Shown here: piece after piece, positions 8,179 to 15,988 of the stretch
Numbering within the stretch: the stretch's first letter is position 1
Layout: each line of letters starts with the position of its first letter
UHGV virus genome: UHGV-0173641
Length of the DNA stretch: 23,184 bases
Direction: 5' to 3' (one strand)
From: a virus
The notes under the pieces: generated by a model
What the model was told of the DNA's origin: nothing
Databases searched by the model: none
What the model saw: only the letters and a program-made list of their open reading frames with translations
Translations under genes and position numbers: made by a program

Positions 8179-8226
8179 AGCGCGCATAAAACAGGCAAAA
8201 ACGGGATTTAAAAACCCCGTAAACGA
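8113..8226. repeat. Two ~41-bp direct repeats (8113-8153 and 8186-8226), each with an internal ACGGG...CCCGT dyad; candidate parC-like centromere/operator
   Basis: aaaaaacagacagaaacgggattcacaaaacccgtaaatga versus ataaaacaggcaaaaacgggatttaaaaaccccgtaaacga, about 34 of 41 identical by hand alignment, 73 bp start-to-start. Copy 1 lies in the last codons of A, copy 2 in the gap upstream of the ParM-like gene. Confidence 0.6.
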
Positions 8227-8254
8227 TTAATTAATCAACATAAGGAAAATCGAC

Positions 8255-9214
8255 ATGAAAATCTGTATCGACGACGGCTCCACCAACATCAAGCTGGCAT
8301 GGACTGAGAACGGCGAACGCCGCAACGCCATCAGCCCGAACAGCTTCAAATCGGAATGGTCTGCGCCGTTCGGTGGCATGCAGCCCGCAAACTACATGCT
8401 TGATGGCGTGCGCTATGGTTTTGATCCGGTCAGCGATCGATTTGTCCAGACGACCGACACGCAATACCAGTACAGCGATGTGAATGTAATTGCCATTCAT
8501 CACGCGCTGGTCAAATCAGGCATCACGCCACAGGAGGTGGATGTGGTTGTCACCCTGCCACTGAGCGAGTATTTCGACACAAACGCACAACCGGACATGG
8601 CCAACATCAACCGCAAAAAAGCGAACGTTATGCGCCCGGTGGAATACCAGAACGGCGAAGCATTCACTATCCGTAATGTACGGGTTATGCCTGAATCCAT
8701 TCCGGCTGGCTTTAAAGCACTGGCTGACATGAGTCCGTTTGAATCCCTGCTGATTGTGGATTTAGGCGGAACCACGCTGGATGTGGCAAAGGTTCAGGGA
8801 CAACTGGCAGGTATCAGCCAGGTGTTTTGCGATCCACACGTAGGCGTTTCCCTGATGGCCGATGCCGTACTGTCGGTGATGGCCACCAACGGTATGCGTA
8901 CCAGTCACCACATCGCCAATACCATTATCGAACATCGCCATGATGAAGCCTGGCTGCGCCAGCACATCCACAATGACGCGCATTACGGCAGCCTGATGGC
9001 GGTTATTCGTGAAAAGGAAGAAACACTGAAACAACGAGTGATCCGCGCGCTGGCGGGTTTTTCGGGTTACGGGCGGGTGATGGTTGTCGGTGGCGGGGCG
9101 GAGATTGTGGCACCCGCTATCCGCGAAGCCTGCGGAGTTAATGCGGCTTTCATCGCAGACGGGGTGCCACAGTTTGCTCTGGTCAATGGTTTGTACGCAA
9201 TGGACAAGGAGTAA
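8255..9214 (+). CDS. parM: ParM/StbA-like actin-type ATPase (type II plasmid partition family)
   Basis: 319 aa. N-terminus MKICIDDGSTNIKLAW and LIVDLGGTTLDVAK, plus SDVNVIAIHHAL, VMPESIPAG, MVVGGGAE and LVNGLY, match plasmid R1 ParM as I recall it (MLVFIDDGSTNIKLQW..., LIIDLGGTTLDIS, VMVIGGGAE). Strong AAGGA RBS. Confidence 0.88.
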   Translation: MKICIDDGSTNIKLAWTENGERRNAISPNSFKSEWSAPFGGMQPANYMLDGVRYGFDPVSDRFVQTTDTQYQYSDVNVIAIHHALVKSGITPQEVDVVVTLPLSEYFDTNAQPDMANINRKKANVMRPVEYQNGEAFTIRNVRVMPESIPAGFKALADMSPFESLLIVDLGGTTLDVAKVQGQLAGISQVFCDPHVGVSLMADAVLSVMATNGMRTSHHIANTIIEHRHDEAWLRQHIHNDAHYGSLMAVIREKEETLKQRVIRALAGFSGYGRVMVVGGGAEIVAPAIREACGVNAAFIADGVPQFALVNGLYAMDKE

Positions 9215-9218
9215 ACCC

Positions 9219-9530
9219 ATGACGACATCAACCTGGCGGATAAGTTTCTATCTGAAGCCCTCCGCTGTCAAGAACGAAGGCGAAGCATGCGCCTGGCTGG
9301 ACAGCCTTACACCAGAAGCCCGCAAAAGCGGCCAACGCGTGGCTTTTCTGGCCGGGCTGGCACTTCTGAAAATGAATCCGGCAGAGGCTTACCGACTGGC
9401 TGCATGGGCTGATGATGAAGTGTTATCAGTGACACAGACCAGGACAGAACGCCCCGCATCACAGCCAGTATCAACCGCACAGATAACCAGTCAGATGGCC
9501 GGAAATATCCGGGCGTTATTTCCTGAATAA
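9219..9530 (+). CDS. parR: ParR/StbB-like adaptor protein (small DNA-binding partner of ParM)
   Basis: 103 aa from ATG 9219, 4 bp after the parM stop, with AAGGAG upstream. ISFYLKPS...LDSLTPEARKSGQRVAFLAGLAL...NIRALFPE resembles R1 ParR as I recall it (IAFKLNPD...LDSIPQGERSRLNRAALTAGLAL...NILRSLFP). The longer ORF-track start at 9084 is rejected. Confidence 0.65.
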   Translation: MTTSTWRISFYLKPSAVKNEGEACAWLDSLTPEARKSGQRVAFLAGLALLKMNPAEAYRLAAWADDEVLSVTQTRTERPASQPVSTAQITSQMAGNIRALFPE

Positions 9531-9536
9531 CACAAC

Positions 9537-9558
9537 ATCAGGGCGAGTTCGCCCTGAT
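9537..9558. promoter_or_regulatory. Perfect 10-bp inverted repeat (atcagggcga-gt-tcgccctgat): candidate operator or terminator stem
   Basis: Palindrome between the parR-like stop (9530) and the GTG start at 9583. No T-run follows, so a protein-binding site or RNA stem is as likely as a terminator. Confidence 0.45.
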
Positions 9559-9582
9559 AACACTATCCAAAGGAGGCAAGCA

Positions 9583-10590
9583 GTGAGCATCATTCAGCGC
9601 TGCCGAGCAGAAAACACTTTTAATTTGGTTTCCATGTCTGGCGGGAAAGACTCACTGGCGCAATGTTTGTATGCCATAGAAAACGATATACAGCATGAGC
9701 GAGTGTTTGCTGATACGGGGCACGAACACCCACAAACGATGGAGTACCTTGACTATCTGGAACAAAAGCTGGGACCAATTCGCCGCGTAAAAGCCGACTT
9801 CACTCGCCAGATAGAAGGTAAGCGCAAATTCATTGCTGAAAAATGGCCAGTATCTCTTGTTGCAGAGTGCGGAATGACGCCTGATGAAGCAGCGGAACGT
9901 GTTGCTTGTGCGCTGGAAATCCTCCACCCAACCGGAAATCCATTTCTTGATCTGTGCATGTGGAAAGGTCGTTTCCCGAGCACTAAAGCGCGGTTCTGTA
10001 CATTCGAACTGAAACACGAACCAGTGCGCACTCAGGTGGTGCAACCTGCGCTTGATGAATATGACGAAGTTATCTCCTGGCAGGGTGTGCGTGCTCAGGA
10101 ATCGCCATCGAGGGCACGCCTGCAAGTGTGGGAGGAAGATGCGGACAATACCCCCGGATTGCATGTCTATCGTCCGATTTTCAACTGGCTACATGAGGAT
10201 GTTTTCGCTATTGCCAGGCGTCACGGGATTAAACCCAACCCGCTCTACCAACAAGGATGCAGCCGCGTTGGGTGTATGCCATGCATTCATGCCAGAAAAT
10301 CTGAACTGGCGGAAATTTTTCAGCGTTGGCCAGAGGAAATCGCCAGAGTGGCAGAGTGGGAACGATTAGTTGCAGCCTGCTCTCGCCGCGGCAACTCAAC
10401 GTTTTTCCCGTCAACTCATGACCCGCGCCGGGCAGAACGTCGCATAGATGTTGTTACCGTAGACAGCTACGGAATCGAAACCTATCGCGACTGGGCAATG
10501 ACAACCCGGGGCGGCGCTCAATTTGACCTGCTGGCGAGCACGAACGATAAGGCGGTGTGCAACAGTGTTTATGCGGGAGTATGCGAATGA
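9583..10590 (+). CDS. PAPS reductase-like / PP-loop ATP pyrophosphatase family protein (335 aa) with C-terminal Cys cluster
   Basis: N-terminal PP-loop SMSGGKDS (SGGxDS) typical of the PAPS reductase / DndC-like superfamily. Cysteine cluster CSRVGCMPC (Cx4Cx2C). GTG start with strong AAAGGAGG RBS. Last gene before the cos region. Confidence 0.8.
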   Translation: MSIIQRCRAENTFNLVSMSGGKDSLAQCLYAIENDIQHERVFADTGHEHPQTMEYLDYLEQKLGPIRRVKADFTRQIEGKRKFIAEKWPVSLVAECGMTPDEAAERVACALEILHPTGNPFLDLCMWKGRFPSTKARFCTFELKHEPVRTQVVQPALDEYDEVISWQGVRAQESPSRARLQVWEEDADNTPGLHVYRPIFNWLHEDVFAIARRHGIKPNPLYQQGCSRVGCMPCIHARKSELAEIFQRWPEEIARVAEWERLVAACSRRGNSTFFPSTHDPRRAERRIDVVTVDSYGIETYRDWAMTTRGGAQFDLLASTNDKAVCNSVYAGVCE

Positions 10591-10665
10591 ACAGCATGAA
10601 AATACTGTTACCCGACATCTGATTTTACTTCTTCAAATCAGGGCAATAATCACGCATCGCCCTGC

Positions 10666-10764
10666 TGCACAATAGTGCACAAATTTGCACAATTTTTTTG
10701 AACGACTTTTTGCCCTTCCGGCCCGCATGGCGGCTGGATCCGTCAGGGATCCGTGCGTGCACAA
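10666..10764. repeat. Phased TGCACAA repeats in the cos-proximal intergenic region; candidate terminase-binding (cosB-like) sites
   Basis: TGCACAA at 10666-10672, 10676-10682 and 10686-10692 (exact 10-bp phasing), plus a fourth copy at 10758-10764. Confidence 0.45.
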
Positions 10765-10779
10765 AAAACGCGCTTTTTC

Positions 10780-10810
10780 TGCGCGCAGGTGACGGGGGAA
10801 CAGCCCGCGT
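10780..10810 (+). other. Candidate cos site (cohesive-end region), degenerate P2-like
   Basis: ggtgacgggggaacagccc (10788-10806) matches about 13 of 19 positions of the P2 cohesive end as I recall it (GGCGAGGCGGGGAAAGCAC). Location (between the hotspot and the 3' end of Q) is where P2 cos lies. Tentative. Confidence 0.3.
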
Positions 10811-11062
10811 TTCAGGGGGCAAATAGCGTTCCCTTAACGATGTCGCAGCGACACGACAGAATGGCCGTATTTCTCACGCTGAGCGTGAAAAATACGTGAG
10901 GGATTCTGATTTGATGGGGTGAAAGGTAAGGCCGTCAAAATCGCACTGAGACGGCGAGAACATGCAGTCAACGCGGTGGGATTGCGTAAGAGTCTGACTG
11001 TCGATGATGGCAATCAGCAGGAAAGCGTCGTGAAATTATCTGACTGATACAGGAGCTGGAGA

Positions 11063-11091
11063 GCCGGGGCATAAATTTTTTATGCCCCGGC
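11063..11091. terminator. Bidirectional intrinsic terminator downstream of portal gene Q
   Basis: Palindrome gccggggcataaa-ttt-tttatgccccggc: GC-rich stem with A/T runs on both sides, 25 bp beyond the Q stop on the - strand. Confidence 0.65.
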
Positions 11092-11115
11092 GAAGCAGCA
11101 GACAAGCGAAGCGCG

Positions 11116-12162
11116 TCAGGATGTGGGCTGGGTGTCTAACAGTGCGTAAGGGTTAAAGCGGATCACCTCTTCGCCAAGCCAGTCATTGATGTGCTTCATG
11201 GCCTCCATGACGGGCATCAGCTCGTTAATTGCGTAAACCCGCGCGGCCTTCTCCACATCACCAAACGCACTTTTTTCGCCCGGCATCGCCCCCATCAGTT
11301 GCGGCGGAACGCGGTGCGCAGCCAGCACATCATCACGGGATGCCGCCTTAACATTCATGAACTCATCCTTTGCGGTGATCTGCTGGAACGGCAAAATTTG
11401 CACCCCCTCTTTGCCCCCGTTGGGCGCATGGATGAGCACGTTTTTAAACGCGCCACCACCACGCGCACCCTGTAACGTTTCTTTCAGGGAGTCCATGCTT
11501 TCGCGGTTTACCTGCGCTGCACCGATGTAGATGATGCACCCGGCGTGGGATCCATTGTCGTAGTACAGTTTTCTGAACATGTCCGCCGAATGAGACAGGC
11601 TGGCCGAGAGTAATGCGCCGAGATATTCCGGCATGCCGTAGATTTCCTGGTTAATATCCGGATTCATCAGGTGGCACACTTTGCCAGGGCGAAACTGAAA
11701 CGCATCCTTGCCATCCTGCACATACCACCATGATTCAAGATCACTTCCGCGTCGCATGTATTTCGCCAGGGCGTGCCGTAATTTAAGCGGTTCGCCGAGC
11801 ATATTGCTCCGAAGCTCAAGGAATGCGTTACCGAACACAAACCAGTCCAGCGCCAGCGCCGAGAAATCCTGCCGGGAAAGCAGCGGGTGCGGAATATAGC
11901 AACCGAGCAATACATTGCGCTTAAAGTAAAGCGCAGACTGATGCCAGGACGTTTGCCGGGCGGCTCTTGCCAGACCGTACCAGTCCACCGGGGTTTCATA
12001 CCACCGCCCGTTATCAGCACAGTACATATTGTCCAGCAAATCATGCCCGGTCAGGCGATAAGGACCATCAAATGTGAATGCACTGAGAGACGATTCTTTC
12101 CTGAGCGCATCAGCGAGATCAATGCGTGAACTCATGCGCACTTTTTTATTTTTTCTGCTCAT
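11116..12162 (-). CDS. Q: Portal protein (P2 gpQ-like)
   Basis: 348-aa ORF on the - strand directly downstream of the terminase ATPase with a 1-nt overlap; size and position match P2 Q (about 344 aa as I recall). Confidence 0.88.
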   Translation of the reverse strand: MSRKNKKVRMSSRIDLADALRKESSLSAFTFDGPYRLTGHDLLDNMYCADNGRWYETPVDWYGLARAARQTSWHQSALYFKRNVLLGCYIPHPLLSRQDFSALALDWFVFGNAFLELRSNMLGEPLKLRHALAKYMRRGSDLESWWYVQDGKDAFQFRPGKVCHLMNPDINQEIYGMPEYLGALLSASLSHSADMFRKLYYDNGSHAGCIIYIGAAQVNRESMDSLKETLQGARGGGAFKNVLIHAPNGGKEGVQILPFQQITAKDEFMNVKAASRDDVLAAHRVPPQLMGAMPGEKSAFGDVEKAARVYAINELMPVMEAMKHINDWLGEEVIRFNPYALLDTQPTS

Positions 12163-13913
12163 CAGAACTCCATAACCATGAAACGCTCGTTTTCTCCTTC
12201 GCCGCCAATTGGTTCGTTAATGACAGCAAGCATGGTTGCCCACGCAAGGTCGCCGTGGCTGATCCCCCTCGCGCGGTCCGTTTCGTAAGTGATAAAGCCG
12301 CCCGGTGTTTTCACCTTACGCACGGCGTTAAAGGCCGCGACCAGCTCGCGTTCGGCGCGATCGTATTCCCACCGCCCGGCACGCATTATTTGCAGCATTT
12401 TCAGTACCAGCGACCGTTTTGATGACAGCGTGAAGGTGTACGGAATAGCGGCAGGGAAAAACCGTTTCACTATCTGATAAACAGCCTCTCCGTTCCCGCC
12501 CGTTACATCAATGCCGATGTGTTCCACGTTGTAGCGACACGTGAACTCTTCAATGACTCTGGCCTGTTCTTCAAACTCCAGCCCCTGAACGCGTCGCGTC
12601 TCCACCGTTCGAAAACGGCCACCAGGAACAGCCGGAGGAACCACCACGGACACAGCGCCGCTGTCGCCGTTGCCACTGCTGCCGTTTGCGTCATACCCAA
12701 TCCATACCGGACGATTCCCCATCGGGCGGGGAGCAAAAGGTTTCCAGTCTTTCCAGTCGTCGTATCCGTCAACACCGCAGCCAATCAGGATATTCAGGTT
12801 AAATGCCGATTCCCCTTCGCGGACAAACTCACACATATAGAGATTGAGGAACTCGTCTTCGGTGTTTTCATCACGAATTTCGTCGATATCGGTGTGTTTC
12901 CAGCCGTGATTGACCACATCTTCCAGCGTGACAATTTGCCGCCATGTCCGGTCAGGGCAGATAAGCCCGTTATGCAGCGTTTTCCAGTCCACAGAAAAAC
13001 GCTGGCGTTTATGCGAGGCCTTTTTCTCGTTCCAGCGGTCGCCGTTCCAGTAGGCGTATGCCTCGTGCGTTTCGGTGGATGGCGTGGAGAAGTAGGTGCG
13101 CCGCAGTCCGCTGAGGGTTGCCATAGCGCCAGCCACCTTGCGCAGTTCAGCAAAGCGACTGACCCAGAAAAATTCATCAAAATAAAAATTGCCCGTATAG
13201 GACTGTGCCGACGCAGCAGAAGTGCCGAGAAAATGCAGCTCTGCGCCGTTGGAGAGGATGATTTTATCGCCCCCTTTCAGCTCCACATCAACTTCAGCCG
13301 CGGCCTTCTGAATAATGCTTTTAAACTGGAACGCCTGACGACGCGACGCAGACAAAAAAATCTGGTTACGCTGGTAAGGTTGCGCCACATCGTCACGCAG
13401 CGCCATCAGCAGTGCTTCCTGTGCAAAATACCAGGTCGCCCCAATCTGTCGGGATTTCAGGATCATCCTGTTACGTATCCCGGCTTCCCTGCAAAGGGTC
13501 AGGGAGTCAAACCAGCCCCGCTGATGCCACTCCAGCCTGCTGATGATTTTTTCCCGCAGTGCGGCAATCTGTTCCGGCGTGAAATGATTTTTGAGTTTTT
13601 TCGCCCGGCCTTTCTTTCCTGCGGCCATCACATCCGGCTGGCCATCATGCAGCTTTTTAAGCTGCCGGGTCAGCAGGTCTATTTCCTTAAAGTCACCGCC
13701 TGTTTTATTCTGTTTTTCAGTAAGCTGGATGAGGCGCGCATCGATGGACTGCGTGACACGCTGCACGGGTGGCGTTTCATCCCACTGGTCGCGTTTTTTC
13801 CACGCATAAATCGTGTTCGGGTTTATTCCCATCAGACGTGAGATTTCTGCGGGCGGATAACCCTGCCAGTAAAGTTGCCGCGCACGCTGGCGCACAAAAG
13901 CGTCCTGAATCAT
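12162..13913 (-). CDS. P: Terminase large (ATPase) subunit (P2 gpP-like)
   Basis: 583-aa ORF; N-terminus MIQDAFVRQRARQLYWQGYPPAEISRLMG is P2 P-like; divergent from the O-N-M-L operon as in P2. Confidence 0.88.
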   Translation of the reverse strand: MIQDAFVRQRARQLYWQGYPPAEISRLMGINPNTIYAWKKRDQWDETPPVQRVTQSIDARLIQLTEKQNKTGGDFKEIDLLTRQLKKLHDGQPDVMAAGKKGRAKKLKNHFTPEQIAALREKIISRLEWHQRGWFDSLTLCREAGIRNRMILKSRQIGATWYFAQEALLMALRDDVAQPYQRNQIFLSASRRQAFQFKSIIQKAAAEVDVELKGGDKIILSNGAELHFLGTSAASAQSYTGNFYFDEFFWVSRFAELRKVAGAMATLSGLRRTYFSTPSTETHEAYAYWNGDRWNEKKASHKRQRFSVDWKTLHNGLICPDRTWRQIVTLEDVVNHGWKHTDIDEIRDENTEDEFLNLYMCEFVREGESAFNLNILIGCGVDGYDDWKDWKPFAPRPMGNRPVWIGYDANGSSGNGDSGAVSVVVPPAVPGGRFRTVETRRVQGLEFEEQARVIEEFTCRYNVEHIGIDVTGGNGEAVYQIVKRFFPAAIPYTFTLSSKRSLVLKMLQIMRAGRWEYDRAERELVAAFNAVRKVKTPGGFITYETDRARGISHGDLAWATMLAVINEPIGGEGENERFMVMEF

Positions 13914-14067
13914 TGCTCCCCCTGAGTAATTACAGGAAGATTACCCGCGCGCGAAACCGTTCTCCTTAACCCCCTGTTCTGGCCGTTTTCTTACAACAAA
14001 AGCCCTTTGTATCAGCCTGTTACGCTTTGCCATCATGACTGAAGAACCAGTCAGAGGGGCAAAAACT
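13914..14067. promoter_or_regulatory. Divergent late-promoter region (P operon leftward, O operon rightward)
   Basis: 154-bp gap between divergent late operons, where P2 has its Ogr-activated late promoters. I could not find a clean TGT-N12-ACA activator site by eye; only a TACAA...TTGTA dyad. Confidence 0.35.
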
Positions 14068-14904
14068 ATGGCTAATGAAAAAAAGACATCCCGCAAAAAG
14101 TTTCGCGTGGCTGTCTCCGGATCAACTGTTGATGGCCGCGAAATCAGTCCGGTGCATCTGCGTGAAGCCGCCGAGAACTTCAACCCGGATGTTTACGCCG
14201 CCCGCGTGAACGTTGAGCACTATCTCTCGCCATGCCCGTCAAGCGAATTTTCCGCAATGGGCGATGTCACCGCGCTGAGTACGGAAGACATTACGGAAGG
14301 TCCGCTGGCCGGACGTACTGCGCTGTATGCAGAAATCGAACCGACCGAGCGCATGAAGCAGCTTGTCGCGGACGGCAAGAAAATCTATTCCAGTATCGAA
14401 CTGCACCCGCAGTTCTCCGTTAACGGGCGCGCCTATCTGGTCGGGCTGGCGATGACCGACACCCCGGCAAGCCTGGGCACTGAACGCCTGAAATTCACGG
14501 CACAGCAACGTCAGGCGGTGATGACGTTCAACAGTGTCCAGGGTGAAGCACCGCTTATCTCCGAAGCCATCGAGTCTGAAATCATCGAAATGGCAGAACA
14601 ACGCCAGGAAGAAGGCACCCAGTGGTTTAACCGCGTAATGGGGATTATTGGCCGTGGCCGCAAAGCGGATGACGCCAGTTTCTCCCGTATTCAGGAAGCG
14701 GTGGAAGGCGTCGCAACGTCACAGGCCGACATTATCGACCGTTTTAATGCGCTGGAAACCCGCCATCAGCAGGACAGCCAGAAAATCACGTCACTGACCA
14801 CAGAGCTGACAGCACTGAAGGAGAAACTGCGCACGCAGGACGGCGATCCGCAGAACCGGTTCACCGCAACGGGCGCAGCCTCCGACCAGCTGGCTGACTT
14901 CTGA
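14068..14904 (+). CDS. O: Capsid scaffolding protein (P2 gpO-like)
   Basis: Start at ATG 14068 (AGAGGGG upstream). MANEKKTSRKKFRVAVSGSTVDGREIS aligns with P2 O N-terminus as I recall it (MAKKVSKFFRIGVEGDTCDGRVIS). The ORF-track start at 14035 is an upstream extension. Confidence 0.85.
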   Translation: MANEKKTSRKKFRVAVSGSTVDGREISPVHLREAAENFNPDVYAARVNVEHYLSPCPSSEFSAMGDVTALSTEDITEGPLAGRTALYAEIEPTERMKQLVADGKKIYSSIELHPQFSVNGRAYLVGLAMTDTPASLGTERLKFTAQQRQAVMTFNSVQGEAPLISEAIESEIIEMAEQRQEEGTQWFNRVMGIIGRGRKADDASFSRIQEAVEGVATSQADIIDRFNALETRHQQDSQKITSLTTELTALKEKLRTQDGDPQNRFTATGAASDQLADF

Positions 14905-14926
14905 TAAGACAAAGGAGCAAATTTTT

Positions 14927-15979
14927 ATGAATCTGGTGATGTCAGATATTACCCGCAATAAGCTGGGTTGCTATATGGCGCAGCAGGCGTCGCTTAACAA
15001 TATCCCGGTTTCTGCGCTGGTATCGAGATTTACCGTGGAACCCGCGGTGCAGCAGCGTTTTGAAAACGCCTCAAAGGACAGCACAGAATTAACGAAAAGA
15101 ATTAACGTGATCGGCGTGACCGACCAGAAAGGCGAAAAAATCCTCCTGGACACCACAGGACCGATTGCGCGCACGAATACCAGTTATGACGGCACAAAAC
15201 GCCGTAACCCGAATAACGTGGTTAATCTGAAAAACCGCAAATACCAGTGCGAACAGGTGAACTACGACACGTTTATTTCGTATCCGCAGCTTGATGCCTG
15301 GTCGGCACACCCTGATTTTCAGTCCCGCATCAGCGCACAGATTGCCCGACAGGTGGCGCTTGACCGCATCATGATCGGTTTCAACGGCACGTCTCACGCG
15401 GATGAGTCCAACTTCAGCACCAACAAGCTGCTTCAGGACGTTAACGTGGGCTGGCTGGAGCACATCAGAACCGACGCCAGCGAACGCGTTATGAATGACG
15501 TGACGCTGACCTCCCGCAACATGGACAACACCGTGGCGCACGTGGGTAAGTATGCGAACGCTGATGCACTGGTACAGGACGCGCGTTCATCCCTGCTGGA
15601 TGAATGGCACAAGGAAGCTGACGACCTCGTGGTGATTATGGGGCGCAACCTGTTTAACTCGCTGCGTCTGCCCGTGCTGAACAGCATCAGCGGCCAGAAT
15701 CCCAATGCGGAATTACTTGCCGGGCAGCTCATCCTGTCATCGCGCACCATTGGCGGGCTGGGCGTGTTCCTTGCGCCGTTCTTCCCGGATGCAACGATGC
15801 TGATCACCTCGTTCAACAACCTGTCGATTTACTGGCAGAAAGGTTCAATGCGTCGTCTGATGAAAGACGAACCGGAATACAACCGTATCGCCACCTACCA
15901 GTCCATCAATGACGCTTATGTCGTTGAAGACTATGGCAAGTGCGCGATGGTCACTGGCCTGAAGTTCGCCGACAGCTAA
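14927..15979 (+). CDS. N: Major capsid protein (P2 gpN-like)
   Basis: 350 aa, AAGGAG RBS. Motifs KFTVEP, MIGFNG, VGWL, NLSIYW and YVVEDY match P2 N as I recall it. Confidence 0.9.
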   Translation: MNLVMSDITRNKLGCYMAQQASLNNIPVSALVSRFTVEPAVQQRFENASKDSTELTKRINVIGVTDQKGEKILLDTTGPIARTNTSYDGTKRRNPNNVVNLKNRKYQCEQVNYDTFISYPQLDAWSAHPDFQSRISAQIARQVALDRIMIGFNGTSHADESNFSTNKLLQDVNVGWLEHIRTDASERVMNDVTLTSRNMDNTVAHVGKYANADALVQDARSSLLDEWHKEADDLVVIMGRNLFNSLRLPVLNSISGQNPNAELLAGQLILSSRTIGGLGVFLAPFFPDATMLITSFNNLSIYWQKGSMRRLMKDEPEYNRIATYQSINDAYVVEDYGKCAMVTGLKFADS

Positions 15980-15988
15980 TCAACTCAC

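Noticed and set aside
8113-8226. Possibility that the 41-bp repeats are a CRISPR array or MITE
   Set aside because: Only two imperfect copies, no regular spacer architecture, no cas genes, and they sit in a partition-gene promoter context.
9084-9218. Upstream extension of the parR-like ORF (148-aa version), and similar extended starts at 14035 (O), 16857 (L), 18191 (Rz), 17407 (holin frame)
   Set aside because: These extensions overlap the preceding genes and lack RBSs; the internal starts have Shine-Dalgarno sequences and give lengths matching the P2 homologues.
9652-10164. 170-aa and 92-aa - strand ORFs inside the PAPS-reductase-like gene
   Set aside because: Antisense shadows; the + strand frame carries the PP-loop motif and a strong RBS.
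10780-10810. Exact P2 cohesive-end sequence
   Set aside because: No exact match to the P2 cos 19-mer as I recall it on either strand; only a degenerate resemblance, reported as a low-confidence candidate.
10625-10822. 65-aa - strand ORF in the cos-region intergenic
   Set aside because: No RBS, overlaps the phased repeats and the cos-like sequence; the region is more plausibly a cis-acting packaging site.
12519-13841. 440-aa ORF on the + strand
   Set aside because: Lies entirely inside the terminase large-subunit gene on the opposite strand; the - strand product has clear P2 P-like sequence, this one has none.
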